The position numbers and the translations under genes are program-made. The notes beneath the pieces are model-generated. The model ran no database searches. It saw only the letters and a list, made by a program, of their open reading frames with translations, and had not been told where the DNA came from. This document shows, one piece after another, positions 23,494 through 38,339 of a stretch of DNA of 64,000 nucleotides (its first letter is position 1; each line of letters starts with the position of its first letter). The DNA is from the human T2T-CHM13v2.0 reference genome, Homo sapiens: NCBI RefSeq assembly GCF_009914755.1, contig NC_060937.1. One strand, written 5' to 3'.

Positions 23494-25735
23494 ATGAAGA
23501 AGGAACACTTCCCAATCACTCTATGCAGCCAGAATGCCCTTATCCCCAAACCAAAGACATTCCATAGAAACTCCAGACAAAAGTCCCTTATGAATATAAA
23601 AAGCAAAGTATTCAACAAAATGCTAGCAAACCCTATGCAGAAACATATAGAAAGATTTATTCACTATGACCAAGTTGGACTTATCCCAGGAGTATCAGGT
23701 TGGTCCAAGACATGAAAATCACTGAATATAATATATCATATTAACAGGCAAAGTATTACAAAAGACAAATTAATAGGTAAAGTAACACAAAAGCCAAATG
23801 ATCGTCACAGTAGACTCAGAAAAATCACTTGACAAAATATAACTCCCTTTTATGATAAAAACACTCAGTAAATGAGAAACAGAAAGATGCTTCCTGAACC
23901 TAATAGAAGTTTATTCCTAAGATGAGGAACAAGACAATACTCTCTGCTCTCAACACTTCAATTCCATAATGTACTGAATGTTCTAGCCAGGGCACTTACA
24001 TAACAAAATGAAATAAAAGTAATTCAGATTAAAAAATGAGAAGCAAAATTATCTATTCTTAGACAACATGATCTTGCATATAGAAAATTGTAAGAAATCC
24101 ATATAAAATGTAGAACCAATAAATGAGTTCTGAATGTTTACAGGATACAATATCCACAAACAAAAATCCATTGTGTTTCTACAAACCAGCAATGAACAAC
24201 TTAAAAATGAACTTACAAAAACAATTCTAAATACAAATAGCATCAAAAAGAACAAAGTGCTTAGGGATAAATTAACAGAACAAGTGCATGATTTGTACAT
24301 TTAAAACTATGAACTATTGTTGAGAGAAATTAAAGAAGCCCTCAAAGGGAAAGGCATTCTTTTCCATGGATTGAAAGACATTATATTGGAAAGATGGCAA
24401 TGCTCCCCCAAAGTGGCCTACAGATAAAATGCAATCCCTATTAAAACTATAGCTGGACTTTTTGCAGAAATTGACAATCTGACCTTAGAATTAACACATA
24501 AATGCAAGATATCCAGATAACTAAAAACTATCTTTAAAATGAAAACAAAATTATAAGACTGACATATCCCAATTACAAAATTACTACAAAGCTACAAAAT
24601 AATCAAAACAATGTGATACTGGCATAAGGCTGGATATATAAATCAATGAGATATAATTAAGAGTCCAGAAATAAACACTTATATTTATGATCAATCAATT
24701 TTGACAACAGTGCCAAGACTATTCTATGGGAAGAGTCTATTCAACAAATGTTGCTGAAACAACGGAATATCCATATGCAAAAGAATGAACTTGGACCCAT
24801 ACTTCATACCATATACACAAATTAACAAAAAAATAGACCATGGAACTAAATGCAATGGTTTCTTAGATATCATGCCAAAATCACAGTGACAAAAATGGTA
24901 ATTTGAGCTACATTAAAATTGATAATTATTATGTTTTATAGGTCATCATCAGAGCAGTGAAAACACAACACATAGAATGGGAGAAAACATTCAAAAATTT
25001 TATATCTGATATAGGACTTTTTTCTAAAATATTTAAAGTGACTCTTGCAATATAACAATAAAAAGGCAACCCAATAATAAAGGGTAAAGGACGTGAATCA
25101 TATGTTTCCAAACAACATAAACAATTGATCAATAAGGAGAGAAAAAGATGATCCAAATCATTAGTAATTAAGAAAATGCAAATCAAACCTACAATGAGAT
25201 AAACTTCATACCCATAACTGGCTAAAATAAAACGTCAATCAGACAATAACAAGTGCTGACAAGGATATGAAGAAATTGAAACCCTAATACACTGGTAGTA
25301 GAATTGTAAAATAGTATGCCCTCTTTGGAAAAATTTGGCAGTTCTGCGAAATTTTTAATGTAGTGTTATCACGTGATCCAGAATTCTACTCCTATGTATA
25401 GACCCAGGAGAACTGAAAACATATGTCCACACAAAAACCTGAACATGAATGAATATTCATAGCATTCTTCACAATAGCAAAAGAGCTAGAAACAACCTAA
25501 GTGTCCATCTACTGAAAGAAACAAACAAAATGTGGTATACCCATTGCAATTGAGTATTATTCAATATAAAAAGGAAGGACATATCGATCCATGCTGTCAG
25601 ATATATAAACCATGAAAATATGCTAAGTGAAAAAAGTTAGACACAAAAGGCCACATATGGTATAACCTCATTTGTACGAAATGTCCAGAATTGGTAAATC
25701 CCAGAAACAGAAAGCAGATTAATGATTTCCAGAGG
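23494..25735 (+). mobile_element. Old L1 (L1MB-like): degenerate ORF2 RT/C-terminal region into the 3' UTR
   Basis: Fragment LIPKPK...[16 protein letters not shown]...[15 protein letters not shown] resembles ORF2p RT; many stops; 3' UTR motif TGTCCAGAATTGGTAAATCC. Confidence 0.88.
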
Positions 25736-27101
25736 CCTTCAGATTGTTCTGGGTTTTGTTTCCAAACTAGCTCATCTACAACTGTCTACCTCCATACTAA
25801 ACAATCCATTAGTATAAAAGTGAAATACGCATATTTTTCTTTCCTGACCTGTTTATACCATTCTGTATTGTGAATTTTCTTACCCACCTTCCTTTCTCTG
25901 CACAAATGCAGTCCCTTATATCCTGAAGTAGAACACATCACTCTGTCTTCACTGCTCCCATGGCACTGCATAAACACTTTGATTTGGCATAAACACTTAT
26001 GTTTACATGTGGCTGATGATTTTCACAAGTGCCCTCCTTCCTCCAGGAAACTATAAGTTACTTGAGAGTGGGACACATGCATTTTTCTTCATTATCTTAT
26101 CCAAGTCAACTTTTATGAAAACATTTTGTACACACTAGTCTTTCTATAACTAGTTTTTAAATTGAATATTTGAAGAGTAGCATTTTCAAGTAAAAATGTA
26201 TATACAGTAGACATTAAGGAGAAAACATGTTCACTTTCTTTGTATTTTGTGCCTAAGTACAAAACAAGTTAAGACTCTTTCAGAGCGAAATGCAATGTTC
26301 TGAGTAAGCGCAATCCCCAGTTTTCCTGGGGATTCGAATTCCTTCACCATCGTAGTCTATGCTTGAAATCATCGAGAGAACTGTGGATGGTATCAACTCC
26401 ATATTCTCTTTTAGCTCTTCCTCGGCCGTTTAGTGATGGGTCATATGATGATGACTTGGGAACTGAACCATGGGCAGTAATCCTTTTTCCCTTGTTCGTG
26501 TATAAACCACGCTGCCGGTGAATTAAGCTGAAGATTTCTCTCTGTGCCCTTGAAATGTGCTCCTAGGGAATTAAGGCATTCTTGGTCTGGAATTTGAATT
26601 CCTTCCTTACTGCTCTAAGTGCATTAAATGTTGCAGTATTTTAGAAACTACTTATTGTTTTAAGAAGGTTGTTAGAATCCATCAGTAAGTCAAAGCAGTA
26701 CAAAAGTGTAGAAAGAAAGGAATTGTTAGGACCTATTCATTTATCTCCCTACGTCTTAATTGAATATGAAAAGAGGAAAAGGTCAGAGGAAAGATAAAGT
26801 ATTGTGTACATTGTCCACACTGTAACAAAAGTGATCTGCTTGAAATTTCCTTTCATTCTGGGGCTTGAAACCTGCGAATGGCTCCTTCCCCAGTATCCCC
26901 AAGATAAAGTTCAAATTGCTCCAAACCATTTTGTGACCTGATCTCTGATTCCATCTCAGTGTCCTCTCTCATCTGTTTGCTCATCCTTAACTCCAGACTC
27001 CAGCCATCCCTGAACATCTTCATTTACACAAAAGGAAGCTGTTTTCCATTCTTTCTTGCCACCGAGTGTGCCATTTTCTTCAGGTTTTTGTTTTCCTAGA
27101 G

Positions 27102-27285
27102 CAGTGATTCTCAGACTTAGTGTTTAGCAGAGAGCCATCTGGAGGGCCTGTGAGATCCCCAAGAGCGCTGGACCCACCCCAGAGATTTGGATGCAGCCCT
27201 GTTTGATGGGAGCACAGAATCTGCATTTCAAACAAGTTCTCTGGGGATGCTGCTGCTGGTCCAGGGGCCACGGTTAAAACCACAG
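27102..27285. mobile_element. MER5A within an L2 remnant (about 26860-27600)
   Basis: CAGTGATTCTCAGAC...CTGGAGGGCCTGT...GAATCTGCATTTCAAACAAGTTC...GCTGCTGGTCCAGGGGCCAC...AACCACAG. Confidence 0.8.
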
Positions 27286-28769
27286 GACTGCATCACTCTT
27301 TCATACGCCCTCATTCCCTCATTCCTTCTATGCATTCTGCAGATTTCAGCTATGATAGCTCATTTCAGCCAATCTTATTTGATCCCTAGCAGTTGGGCAG
27401 AGGCTTTTCTGTGTATACCTGAGTAGTTTTACTCCTCCTCACTATAGCACTGAACAACCTGTTGTTGTAAATGCCTAAATAATGTCATTGAAATGGTAAG
27501 CTCTTCACAGGTACGGGCTTTCATCTGTGCCATGGTTGTCTCTCAGGGCCTAGTGCCTGCCTGATAGTACAGTCTCCATAAACAAAATTACTAAAGGAAA
27601 ATAAAGAAGAAATAAATAGAGACTAGGATCCATGTTCAGTCCATCTTGTGTTTTCTCTAATACCAGCAAACGCTGTGCATAGCAGAAGCCCTGCACACAT
27701 AACAAGGGATGGTTTTACAGGGAGCCAAGGACAAGACTTACTGAGTACCCAATAGATGTACTTATTTATTCTATTGATGTTTCCTAGATATATCATACCC
27801 AGATAATCGATTGTCTTTCCCTTACACCATCCCCTTCCTTTTCCACTCTGCTTCTTCTTCCTCCACTCTCCTTTCCCTCACCAGATAGGCAGATGGCCTC
27901 ACCAAACACCCAAGCACCTAGAAAGCTGGTCTTCTCTCTCACTTCCCAATCCTGCCAGTCTTCAAGCTATTGCTTCCTGAGAATTTACCCAGTCTGCTCT
28001 GTCTTCACTACCATGACTCAATTTCAAGCCCTCATGCTCTCTCCCCTGGACTATTATAGGAGCTTTTTAAATAAGTTTCCTTGCTGTCCATCTTGTCTCC
28101 CTCAAATCTGTTCTTCACAGAGCATCACGATTTAACTCCTCTGTTAAAAATCTGCTATCCACTCCCCATCTGCTGCAAGAGTGGTCTTCATTTTTCAGGT
28201 CAGGGATCCCTTTGAGTAACTACAGACTCTCTCCCAAGATTCTATGGAAGAGATGCATGTAATTCAGGACAGAAGAGCACCTGCAAAAAAGAGGAGAAAA
28301 GACTTCCCAGCAGGAGACACCTCCTGCAAGGCATTGTGCATTAAGACTGTGGTGGCAGTGGCTGTCCTAGAACATTTGCATTGCAGATGAGAAGCTGCTA
28401 GAGTTGAGCCTGTAGAGACAGACAGGAGCACCTCACAGAGGACATTGTATATGGTATGAAGGAGCCATTGCCTGGGCCAGCCACCACCTCTTCCATGCCT
28501 CCATCTTGCTTTGTCTAAGCTTACGTTTGCATTTTCCACACTGTGTTATAGTGGCTGATTTGCTGTGCTGGGAAATCACTTTAAGGGCAGTGACTGCCCC
28601 TTATTTGTATCCATATGCAAAAGTACAGTAGCCTGTCAGTCAATAGTTGTTGAATGAGTGAATGTAGAATGAACCAATGCTTCTGAGTTACCTTAGTTTT
28701 ATACCCTTAGAAATCCTTTTCTCACTGTGTCTGTTGCTGCTATGTTAGGAACTCTGTCACTATTTACAA

Positions 28770-29010
28770 CACTTAAACAATAGATTATAATTTGCATGCA
28801 GTAAAACACATATATACTACATGTACAATTCAACCAATCTTAATGTATCTCTCTATATTTATACGTGTGCAACCACCACGAGATCAAAATATGAAACATT
28901 TCCATTTGTTCTAGAAAGTTCCCTAGAGCCCTTTTCCTATCAATAGCCCATTTCCCTGATTTCTATTATCATAATTTTTTCCTGTTTTTGGATTTTATGT
29001 AAATAAACAG
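28770..29010 (-). mobile_element. Old L1M (L1MD/ME) 3' end fragment
   Basis: GTGCAACCACCACGAGATCAAAATATGAAACATTTCCAT...AGAAAGTTCCCT. Confidence 0.6.
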
Positions 29011-29959
29011 AGTCATAAATTTGACACTCTCAAAATATCCCCCATCAGATTCATGTAAGACTTTTATTTTGGTGATACTTCTCCACAACCATCGCACTAC
29101 AACTTACCTTAATCCACTCAACTAACACTTACATATTTGGCTTTAGAGATGTATATCAATATCTTCTGTGGTCTGGAGATAATTCTTATCATATTAGCAC
29201 CTTAGATGTAATTGCCAGTATTCATGATATGTTAAAAAATTATTAAATGTCTACTAAATTTGCTACAGCTTAGCTACTTCACGAGACTCTAAAATTCGGT
29301 TCCCTGCTATACTCTTAAATTTCAAATATAAACATATATACCTCTTCCCTTGATAAAATCTTACTTCCGATCTGTATCTTTTCTTGACACTTTCCTTCTC
29401 TTGACACTTTTGGTTGACTGGGTCTGTATGTTGAAATGTCTGCCTTGATAGATACTCGAGGGTGTAAAAGTAAACATCAATGTAGCAGCATCATGTCAGC
29501 ATTTTGAGAGAAAGCCCACGCAGGATGTAAATTAGCAGTAATAGGATGTAGCATCAGGAGGTATCACAGCGATACATCAGTGCAGCTAACCTGGCCAAGA
29601 AGAAAGGGGAAGGGACTGATCGGGAGGCAGTTTGCCCGCTGTGACCCTTGAACACTTATTTTCTACTCATTTTACACAACCCCTTCCCTTCTCCACCTTC
29701 TCCTCTCCAGATGTCTCTCCTATGTGTGTCCTCCCCTCTCCCTCTCTCTCCCTATATACACAACACCAACATGTAGGGTTGAAGTTCATCAGGCAAGGGA
29801 CGATGCGCGGTGAGGAAGGTAGAAAAAATGTGACAGACAGAAGAAAGGCCTGTGCTAGGAGTTGAAGGCAAATGGCATACTGGAAACCTAAGCCTAAACC
29901 ACCTAGCAGGAGGGGTATTGCCCCATGATGAAAGGTATGGTGGACTCTGTAGCCTGAAT

Positions 29960-30150
29960 GACTTGGTCAACAGAGTCATGCTCCTTTATGGCTGAATGAT
30001 CTTGGACATCTTGCTTAGTCTTTGTGCCTCAATTTCCTCATCTGTTAAAAAAGTATTAGTACCCACTACATTGTTCTGATTCTTAAATGAATCGATGCCT
30101 ATGAAGATATTAGAATAATGCTTACCACATAATAAGCACTTTTTAATTGT
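29960..30150 (+). mobile_element. MIR
   Basis: Core TGATCTTGGACATCTTGCTTAGTCTTTGTGCCTCAATTTCCTCATCTGTTAAAA. Confidence 0.75.
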
Positions 30151-31265
30151 TTGCTATATAAGTTGAAGCCTTAAAAAATGGAGGTCATTTCCTAGAAATA
30201 TTCACTTAGAAGCTTATTTATAACTTTCTTACTTTTTGAATAATAAATCTGAATATTTATTCTGGAAATGCTAAAGGGAATAACACTAACGTATTTATTT
30301 TTTGACTACCTGAGTTTTAGGGCTGCTCTGATGTTTGATGTTGAAGCCACACTGAAGAAGAGAGGAAGCAGGGATGAACCGTACTAAGAGCATGCATTCA
30401 TGTTACTGTTTTCAGGCATCCCAGACTCATTCTCTTGATGCAAAGTCTGTGGGTGGAACTTCTGGATTTTGGGCTTCTAGGGATGAGAGGTTTCCAGTAT
30501 TGGCAACATTAGATAAATTAAGGAAATATTTCATTGGGTCAGATCAAGTCCGCCTTTATGAGGAAACTGTGGAAAGAAGGAAGCAGAGATAGGGATGGAG
30601 ATTTCAAGACAGGAAGAGGAGGACTCACCTTTTGGTCGATGATGGGATGTGCTGTCCACTTCCCACTTGTCACTGCCTCTGCTCTGTCCCCAGTTCCTCG
30701 CCCTTGGGGGCCTTGAGTGGCCTCCACTTCCCAAACACACTATCCTCTTTATTTCTCCTGCTCCAATAATTTCCTATGATATTTATGCATTTCAGATCTA
30801 AACATCCCACTCCTCTGCATTAAAAGCTTCCTTGTCTCTATATGACTCATGAGAAGGAACAGAGCCTCCCATCCCCACCCCGCAGCCTGGCCTCTACTTA
30901 CCTCTCTAACTCACCCCTCAGCTGGCTGTGCCAGGTACTATCCTTTAGCCTTGCCAAACATTTCTGTTTATTTCTTGAACATGTCATGAAGATACCACAC
31001 ACCTCTCTTCTGCCCACCTGCTTTGCCTAATCTCTTCCTACTCATCCTCTGGTGTGTGCTAGGCACCACATCTTCAGAAACACACTGCAAACCCTCAAGC
31101 TTCGGGTGCCTGCTCCATAATGCCATGCATTTTCTAGTGTAGTCTCTGTAATTCTGTTTCCCAGTGTATAATCTTTGTAAGCTCCACAGGGTAGGGTCTA
31201 GGTCTGATTCATGACTGTTGCATGTTGAGTGCTCAACAAAGACTTCCAGGGCTGATAGAATTCTA

Positions 31266-32014
31266 TGGTAGTCCCCCCACTTATTTGCCGTTTTGCTCTC
31301 TGCAGTTTCAGTTAACCACCGCCAACTGCAGTCTGAAATATTAAATGGAAATATCTAGAAATTTCCATTTAATATTTGTATTCTATTTCTAGAAATTCAT
31401 TAATTTTAAATTGCATGCTGTTCCATGCATGGAGTAACATGATGAAGTCTCATGCCATCCAGCTTCATTTCTTTCTGGACATGAATCATCCTTTTGTCCA
31501 TTGTATAAGCACTACATGCTTCCTGCTCGTTAATCATCCACATCGTCTACTCCTGACATCCAGTCATCGACATTGTCGTGGCTCAGTGATCCTGGGCCAT
31601 CTGAAGCAGATGATCCTCTCTTGGCTGCGGTGTTAGGTCAATAGTAGCCTGCTCCATACCAATGCCTACGTCATTCCCCTCACATCAGGCATCAGTAGGC
31701 ATTTTATCATCTCACATCATCACAAGAAGAAGAGTGAGTACAGTACAGTAAGATATTGTGAGAGAGAGACAATGAGAGACAGCACATTCACCTAACTTTT
31801 ATTATAGTATTTTGCTATAATTGTCCTGTTTTATCATTGTTGCTCTTAATCTCTAAATTAGACTGTGCCTAATTTATAAACTAAACTTTATCATAGGAAT
31901 AGTATAGAAATGTATAGAAAAAAAAACAGTGTATATAGGGCTCCATATTATCTGTGGTTTCAGGCATCCACTGGGGATCTTGGAAAGTGTCCCCCACAGA
32001 TTGGGAGGATACTG
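31266..32014. mobile_element. MER44 (MER44C-length, Tigger7-derived TcMar) DNA transposon
   Basis: GTAGTCCCCCC...CAGTTTCAGTTA start and CAGGCATCCACTGGGG...GGATACTG end; TA dinucleotides at 31264-65 and 32015-16. Confidence 0.85.
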
Positions 32015-34727
32015 TATAAAGTTTACTTGTTTAGTACCTGGTTCATGGGTAAACATGGCATAATTACTGTGAAGGGGTTTCTACTAGTCATTGATACCTG
32101 CAAGACTCTAGGAAAGGCAGTGATGTCTTCAAGGCAAATCACATAATAAATATTTTCATGAATATAAAGATAGCATTAGATCAATACAACATCAGGGGTG
32201 TGTGAAATAGTCACATCGTGATGGTTGGAATTGTACTTGTTGAGCACCTAGCTTGTACAGAAGAACCCTGGGCGCTTGGCATTACAGCTGCCATTTCTTA
32301 TCACAGGAATTTGAACCTCAACCAGGTGACCTGACCTTTAGGGAGTGACAGATACAGGATTCATATCCAAGGAAGTTTACTGAAATAGAAGTAAGGAGGG
32401 ACAACCCACTAGAGGAGCCTTGGTCAGGGAAAGGATGTCCCAGTCTTCTACGGTTTCATTAGCCTCATGCACTGTGGCCAGAATTTATCTGTGTCTGTTG
32501 CTTTACTCTGAGAAGTCCTTCCAGTTATTTATGGGAGTGTGAAGTATGGAGAGAGAGACAGGGAGAGGAGGAAGAGAAAAGGAGGAGGGGGGAAGGCAGA
32601 TGTTGGTGGGGGATGGAAAAGAGAGGGATGGTGGGGGATGGACGAGAGGAAGAGGAGGTAAGAGGAGAGGCCAAAATAGGCTAAGAGAGATTCTGATGGG
32701 AAACATGAAGTCGTGGATCATGAATCAGAGACATGGATCAGAGCACGGACCACACTCACAGAGCATCCTGGCACTGGTTTCCAAAGCCCCACTATTCAAA
32801 AAGCAATGGACGGAAAGCCTGATATCATCCTGCAAGGGTAGTGGAATTGTAACACAGGAGAGGAACCAAAGAGTTCAAGGACTCTAAGCTTTTATAAGCT
32901 GCACATATGCCCATTTGAGAGAAAGAGTGAGAGAGAGAAAAGGAAACAAATTTTCTCTTGGAGAAGAAAAGAGAAAGTCTCCAGGCTTATCACCCTGAAA
33001 TATAAGCCCATGGGCCTGGGAGGTAATTCTCCAAATTGCTTCAGAGCTACACACACGATGTCCAGCTTCCAAGGTATGCTTTTATGTAATCACCATTTAA
33101 CCAAGGCTGCCAATGCTCTTTCCTCTGACAGCCCAAACTGTGCAGATAGGAGAAAATATTTATGGAGAACAATATCGTAACAATGAGGGCTACTTAAACT
33201 TATCCAAAAGGCCTGAGACTTCAGTTTGGAGAAATAATTTAATGTCATTTGTGAATTTGGATATTTCAGTGTACATTCTTTTTCTAGAACACCTTAAAAT
33301 ATTGTTAAATTTTGGGAACCTCTCTAGTGACTATATTGTATCCATTGTCACTCAAAGAAAATTAGCAACAAGGGAATTCATTTAGAAGAAGAAAGTCAAA
33401 CTTGCACCCAGATCTCCCTATGATCCGTTTTAATGGCGCCTTCATGGGGGATATTGAAAAACAATATACACTCAGTCTACTTGTACCTACATGCTTGAAT
33501 GAAGAAGGGGCTATACTCCACTTCATTTCTTTCTTCTTCTCCTGTCATGTATGGTAAGTTATGTTTACTTAAGTGTTCAATAATCCTGCCTTTAATAAAA
33601 TATTCCTCAAGACATTATATGTCATGCACCAGAAAATGCTTTAGAGCAATTCTAATTCTCTGGCTCTCCCTTTGTTGATCTCTGAATGTTCACTAATGTT
33701 TTGGACTTCATAGGAAATAGGAAAAGTAGAAGGTCTGAGACTCAAATAACGAGTTACCTACCTAGGAAGAGCCTTCCCTATGATAACTAGTTAAGAAAAA
33801 TGCAAAGCATTGCATTATAAATGCTGGATTGACTGGTACATGAAAAAAATGAATATAAGCTTTAGAGAAGGTCAGGAATAATTTAAGCAATAAAAAAATC
33901 AAGAACAGTTTGTAGATTAAATGGGCTTGAAGTAAATTTGAAGAATGCATGGAATTTGAATAGGTAACTTAGTGTGATTAAATTGTAAATAAGAGCATGA
34001 TTCAACTAAAGAGGCATATTTTGTTTAAAAAATCCATGTATATCAATGGGAAAAGTATGAAGGAGAGGCTTCTTATTTAATTGCCTCACAATTCCTTTCA
34101 TCCTTTTTGGGAAAATTAAGAATATCTTTTAGATCATCAAAAAACTTTCAGATATTGTCTTCTAAATGACAAATGTATAGAGATCTGTTCAAACATTTCA
34201 GCCTGGTGTCCCAGCTGTCTTATTTAGGCCAACAGTAATCGCTAAACTTGCTTCGTCATCAATAAATTTTTTTTTATCTGCCTATTCCTGGTAACTGGTT
34301 GCAGTATACTATTTATTCCCTCAAACTGATTGAAGAACAAGGCAAAGAATACTTAATTATTCATGTGCTCATATTCATCCATATCACACATGTGCACATA
34401 AACCTAGGTAGAGTCATACAGACATAAAACAAAACGGTCTGTTTCTTATTCACCATTAAGATATGCAAACTTTTGTCCAAGGTCAAACACCTGAAATGGA
34501 AAAGTCTTCCTAGATAGTTGTAACGCATATGCTGGAAAGATTTCAAAGTGGTTGTTCGGATTCAAGTGAAAAACCTTACAAATGCTTTACAAATGTCCTG
34601 CTTTAGATACCCAGTTTAACTGGTCCTCACTAGAATTTAAAACATTTCATTTTGATTAGGGAAAAAAATCACCAAAGGAAGTGGGTGGCCAAATGCCCTT
34701 AAGGAGCAATTAGAACATCCCATATAG

Positions 34728-34730
<3 letters not shown>

Positions 34731-34772
<42 letters not shown>
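34731..34772 (+). repeat. (GT)21 microsatellite
   Basis: Read directly from the sequence. Confidence 0.97.
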
Positions 34773-34774
<2 letters not shown>

Positions 34775-36470
34775 CTTCATATATCCATATCAATGCACAT
34801 GCATGTATTTGCTATTATATTAATCTATATTGTATTACAGAGAGTAATTTTCAGTCTTTTTGAAGCAGTTTTTAAAATTGCATTTCTTTTCTACATCAGT
34901 ACTCTATGAAAGTATTTGAATAACCAGGGATATTTTCTAGCCGTTATATGACAAATTCACTTTTAGTCACTAAAGCAGGGCTCAGCTGGGTTAGCCCTCA
35001 CTGCCCTCTGACATGGAGAGGGCAGTTCCTATTAACCCCTACTTCTTTCCAACTGTGCAAGTCTGTATTGTAAATTTCTTCTCATTTACTTCACAATTGC
35101 CCACATCTAACTTGAATGTCCGTTTGTTCTGGTTGGAGAAATGTGAGACTACGTGAAGCTGAAGTGAACACACAGCCCTGTGGAGTCCTGAATCCGAGAG
35201 CTAGTGGTTTCACAGGCAGGCCAAAATCAGGAACAACCTCCACAGTCACTAGACTGAGATCAGGGACTTTATGAGAGAGTCAAGGATGTTCAGTCATTCA
35301 AGGTAGGCTTGATCCTGGTCCTGAGGCACCAGGGGTTGACCAGAGGCTGATTCTATAGCAAGAGCTGAGTGTATTTATGCCTTATTTTTTGACAACTCAG
35401 ATATTTTCTCCTCTGTAGGCTTCAGCCTCAAAGGACCCTAAGTTATTAGACCGGAGTTATGTTCCCAGGAGAGGTCTTGACTCCATTCACCCAGAAGCAG
35501 TCAATATTTGTGAAGAGGAAATTATAAATTTAGCTGTCAGCCATTGTGTGTGAGACACCTGTGGCTCAAGGTCTCTAAATGTGTGTAATTTACTTCATCA
35601 AAGGCTAATATTTATAAGCCCCAACCTATTCACAGGGCAGAGGCAATGATGCCCCATCACAGAGCTTAAATTTGCATAACAAAAAACTGTTGTGTGTGAT
35701 TTATATCTTCATTTAGAATTTTTGTCATGACCTACTGTTAATACGTACCTTTCCCAAATTGGTGATGTTTGCAAACTTTAGTTTTAATTTCTTCATTTAA
35801 TAAAGCATGTCAATGCAGGCACTATTAGATTAGGAATTATCTGTCAGCAGACTGGCATTATGAAACTACATGTTTTACATTGTCCAAATAGGTTTTAAAT
35901 GAAAACATTAAGTAGTATCTCACCTGGGGCCTTTTTGGAGCTGTGTCTCATGTATCCCATTTTAAAAGATATTTACTAAGCAATTTCTAACTTTTGAATG
36001 CTTATCTCTCATTAGAATCATTGCAGTTTCTTTTTTTGTTTTTGGCTGGGAAATAATTTAGCCTTATTTGAAAAAATCTGGTGTATAATAATGCTAACAT
36101 TTAAGAGAAAAAAAATCATGTGTTCATATCAGAAATAGTGTGAATAATGAGCAGCTGTATGGTGTATAAAAGAGAAAAAGGGGTTTCTTGATTATTCAAA
36201 AATGAGTTTGAAATATTATGCATTCGTATTTGGAAAGAACAATAGTTCATTGTAATAATACTGAAAAATAATAAAATAATTGTGCTTTATGCGTTTGAAA
36301 ATTTTCTGGAAATGCAAAACAATACCCTCTTTCGAACGCATGGATTTAATTTTGTACTTAATGACCATATTCTGCAAAATAGATAAATTGCTAACCATAT
36401 ATTTAATTTAGCCTTGGTCATTTCTTGCTACTGTCATCAACTCTGATACCATATTTAAAATATAAGATTT

Positions 36471-36776
36471 AGCCGGGCATGGTGGCTCATGCCTGTAATC
36501 CCAGCACTTTGGGAAGCCAAGGCAGGTGGATCACCTGAGGTCAAGCCTGACCAGCCTGACTAACATGGTGAAATCTCATGTCTACTAAAACTACAAAAAT
36601 TAGCTGGGCATGGTAGTGGGTGCCTGTAATCCCAGCTACTTGGGAGGCTGAAACAGGAGAATTGCTTGAAACCGGGAGGCAGAGGGTTGCAGTGAGCCAA
36701 GATCGCGCCATTGCACTGCAGCCTGGGTGACAGAGAGAAACTCCATCTCAAAAGAGAAAATAAAAGAAAAGAAAAA
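36471..36776 (+). mobile_element. AluS, followed by an AT-rich (TA)n tract to about 36933
   Basis: GCCGGGCATGGTGGCTCATGCCTGTAATCCCAGC...ACTCCATCTCAAAA; left arm altered at AGCCTGACCAGCCTGAC. Confidence 0.93.
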
Positions 36777-38339
36777 TATATATGTGTGTGTGTATATATA
36801 TATGTATATTATACATGTATATATGTATATTTTATGTATATATGTATATTATATATATTATATATAGCTATATATAATATATATAAAAATATATATTGTA
36901 TATAATATATATATTATATATTATATATATATATGATTGAAGGAGTCCTGAAATTATTGTTCTGACCACCCAACAGTGAGTTGAGTTTCTCAGGGATGGA
37001 TATAGAGGAGGAAATTTTAATCAACTTCAAGTTACCATTTTTAAAAAATTTTATGAAGGAAGTAAAGTTAATGGAACCAAAATTATTTTCCTCAGTATTA
37101 ATGCCTGCATTAGAAATTAATTTTTGTTTTGTAGTGATGAAATATGTAAATAGGTTTAAACATAGTTCTACCAATGTTTAGAGCATGAGTATGTGGTTTC
37201 AAAGACAAAAAGATAAAAGGGCTTCTTAATCTGGGGAAATTATATGTAGATACAGTTTATACATAGAAAGCACATTCTAAGTAGTTTAAGAAATCTGTGA
37301 ATACATTTCTCAGTGTATCCTCCTTCAACTCCTCAAAGTGGATTAGATGTTGGCTCTTGTTGTTTTAGAGGTCTACATTTGTAGTCTTACAGTTTCTAGC
37401 ACACAACACTGTGCTATCTTGATTGTCTCTATTTCATCTGACGATAAGCACTTTGAGGTCAGGGAGTCAAGTTTCTCTTATAGCACAAAGAGTTGCCAAA
37501 TGTTTATGGAATACATGAGTCGATGAAAAATAAACACATTTGATAATGAGCCCCTGGAGATGAGATGTTAATTCTCACGGGGTACCTTGGTTAAAGTTCT
37601 TATAAGAAATGCCTTAAGTTATTGAAAAAAGTAGGGCTCAAATCAATTATATTTTTAATAACATATTTTCTTTGTCAAGTGCACAACATGCCCCTCTGAG
37701 TGTTATGCTTTTTTTCAGTTTAAAGAGTGAATGGTATCATTAAACTCAATTGTCTTAAGATGTTTGCTGAGTTTGTATACATGCAGAGGCATGCAATTTG
37801 CAGAAAATTAAGACATTCAGACATTTAAGGAAGGTATATAGGCAACATACTATTTATCCGGCATTGTATTAAGAGAAGGGGGTAGGGACATCTACATGGA
37901 TACAACCTTACCCGAAGATACATTAGATAACATTCACATAAATTCACAGTTATTTTATGCACATGTAAAGATTTGTATTGATTTAAAGAGGAGAGAGCTT
38001 TACTTCCCGTGTTGGAAACAGATATAGTTGTGTCTTACAGTTTTATTGAAACATTACAAAACATCCAAGAAACCCTTTAAAAATACATTATAGATTCCTG
38101 GTATATAAAGGCTCTGTTTTAGACATATTTTATTCCTGAAAAGCACCCAAAATGGTGACTTTTGTGACAGTGACTCTCAATAATTAATTGTGGAATCAAC
38201 GAATAAATGAGGAATCAGCATTCCTGATGAAGGCTGCAAATCCTCATTCTAATTTTTGGAAAAGCCAAGTTAAAGCGTCCATAATCATCATTTGGTACAT
38301 ACATAAGTTTTTTTCCTTGTTAATGTTAATGACAACTTT

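Noticed and set aside
29030-29460. A/C-skewed unique stretch considered as a NUMT or viral insert
   Set aside because: My plus-strand translations of its first part matched nothing mitochondrial or viral that I recognise; a BLAST/tBLASTx search would be needed.
36981-37181. 66-aa ORF that looks protein-like (MDIEEEILINFKLPFLKNF...)
   Set aside because: No recognisable family, AT-rich, no convincing splice sites.
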